This document shows, piece by piece, positions 62,104 through 64,000 of a stretch of 64,000 bases of DNA (the first letter of the stretch is position 1; each line of letters starts with the position of its first letter). The DNA lies in the NCBI GenBank assembly GCA_964016885.1, contig OZ024744.1:66216001-66280000 (forward strand). The letters run 5' to 3'. Both the position numbers and the translations under genes were made by a program. The notes under the pieces are model-generated. The model was not told where the DNA came from. It was given only the letters and a program-made list of their open reading frames with translations, and searched no databases. The DNA is from Eledone cirrhosa (taxonomy: Eukaryota).

Positions 62104-62160
62104 TTCTATTATATATATTTCAAGGGTACCAAAATTTTGGTACGCTTTTATCAGATAAAA
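62104..62160 (-). ncRNA. Hammerhead motif (G8A, probably inactive) in inverted 5' pLTR of the adjacent PLE
   Basis: TTTTAT-CTGATAA-AAGCGTACCAAA-AT-TTTGGTACCCTT-GAAA-TATATA-TA-ATAGAA, overlapping AATAAA. Confidence 0.75.
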
Positions 62161-62189
62161 TACGAAGTGTGTTTTATAAATTTTGACAT

Positions 62190-63881
62190 AACCAAGGAAA
62201 TTTTGAAATTGAACTACCAGTCAGACTCATCGTACCATCTAAATCGGACTTAGGCATAATTAGCAAACATATATTAGATAGGATTATACCACTACTTAAA
62301 GAAAAATCACACCTTAAACTATGGAACGGTACTAATGAAGTTATAGATTGGTTCAATAACATAAAATTAAAACATAACAAAAAATTCATTCAAATGGATA
62401 TTGCAAATTACTACTTTTCTATTTACTTAATAAGGCACTTATCTAAGCGTCTAAACATACAGACCTATCTAGTGATGAAATGAATATAATTCTAACAGCA
62501 CGTAAAACACTAATAGAATTTAATAATCATTTCTGGACAGAAAAAACAATTTTGATATCACTATGGGATCATCTGACTCGGTGCAAGTAACGGACCTCGT
62601 TGGATTATTTATTAATAATGTACTGCATAGGAAAATGCCAGAGATGACCAGGGGTATATATCGTGATGATATGTTACTTTAAATTGAAAACCATAGCAAT
62701 AGTGAAATTAATAGGAAAAGGAAATCCATAATACAATTTTTCAACAACTACAACCTCAAGTTAGAAATAGAGAATAACTACAAAATTGTTAACTTCTTAG
62801 ATGTAACCTTAAACTTTAGCACAGGTCTTTACTATCCTTTCCATAAAATTAACGAAAATCTAAATTATGTAAGTTTCAATTCTAATCATCCTAGAAGTAT
62901 TAAAAACACTATTGTCAATAGCGTCCAACAACGGATTTAACGCATCTCTGCTAATAAAAATATTTTTGATGATAAGGCTGAATATTATAATGAAGCTTTA
63001 CATAGAGCAGGATACTGGAATATAATTAAATACATAGATAACAATAACATGACAAATCATCCTAGTATTAATTATAATAATAATAAACAATTTAACTTAA
63101 ACACTAAACCAAACAAAAAACTAGAACTAGAAATATTATTTGGTACTCTCCCCCATTCTCATTAAGCGTTAAAATACCTTTAGCAAAGCTATTCTTTAAA
63201 GCACTAGATAAATGTTTTCCTAAAGCCCACAGATACCACTCTATTTTTAACAGACATACTATAAAACTATTCTACTCTACTACTATGAACATAGCACAAA
63301 ATAGAGATAGAATTAATAACAGAAACTTAAATTTAAACCCTAACAAAACTAACCAAAATAGCAATAATAATATTTCAAACAACAATATTGAGAATAATAG
63401 TACCGTTCCGAACAACAACTCCAGAAAATGTAACTGTAGAATTAAATCAAACTCTCCTTTACAAAATAATTGTTTAGACAAAAACGTAGTTTATAAATGC
63501 ACAGTTAAAACTAGAGACAAAATATTTAACTATGTTGGTGCCACTTCAACAAAATTTAAAGAACGCTGGAATAACCACAATCACACATTTAGGAAATCTG
63601 ATAAAAAATCTTCTATTTCACTTTCACATCTAATTTGGAACTTAAAAGACAACAATATAGACTATTCAATATCTTGGATAACGATTTCGAAATCACCTGC
63701 ATACCGAAATATGGCTTTATCAAGATTCTGTAAATTGTGTATCGAAGAAATTTTTTATATAATTAACTGTCAAAACTCTATTAATCTTAGAACAGAATTA
63801 TTTTCTTCTTGCAGACATCGCCAAAATTACACGTTCAGAACTATTTTTAATTTAGAATATTCCTATACACCTTCAAAATGA
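62190..63881 (+). mobile_element. Penelope-like element, Naiad-type RT plus GIY-YIG, frameshifted
   Basis: PVRLIVPSKSDLGIISKHILD..W.GT.EVIDWF..FIQMDIANYY.SI; FDITMGS.DS..V.DLVGL; GIYRDD; VNFLDVTLN; CNC..PLQNNC..VVYKC..YVG.T..FKERWNNH..CKLC.EE..LRTELFSSCRH. Confidence 0.93.
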
Positions 63882-64000
63882 TCCTAACTTCTTTAAAAAT
63901 TTAAATGTAAATTTTTTAATATTTTTAATATTTCTAATTTTTTTTTATATCTCTAATATTTTTAATATTTTTTAATATATATATTTAATATTTTTAATTC

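Overview
AT-rich, microsatellite-dense eukaryotic DNA. The SINE/LINE repertoire most resembles an octopus or other coleoid cephalopod (inference). I cannot support any host protein-coding exon. The window is a mosaic of decayed mobile elements: CRE-, Dong/R4-, RTE-, CR1- and Tx1-like LINE pieces, Penelope-like elements (PLEs, Naiad-type RT/GIY-YIG), a DD37D maT transposon, piggyBac/hAT/Tigger MITEs and two SINE families. It also holds a 30-bp and a 61-bp minisatellite and a U6 snRNA pseudogene set between diverged inverted repeats. The main hidden signal is about 20 type I hammerhead ribozyme (HHR) motifs from about 11 unrelated sequence families, on both strands, read by eye. Most have the short palindromic stem III typical of dimer-acting PLE hammerheads. 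Unusual forms include a recurring CAGAAGA (U4A) core, a 105-nt stem II hit by a SINE insertion, and mirror-image HHR pairs inside long inverted repeats. The RTE LINEs carry a C4HC3 PHD finger inside the RT domain. All folds are manual and no ribozyme activity is demonstrated.
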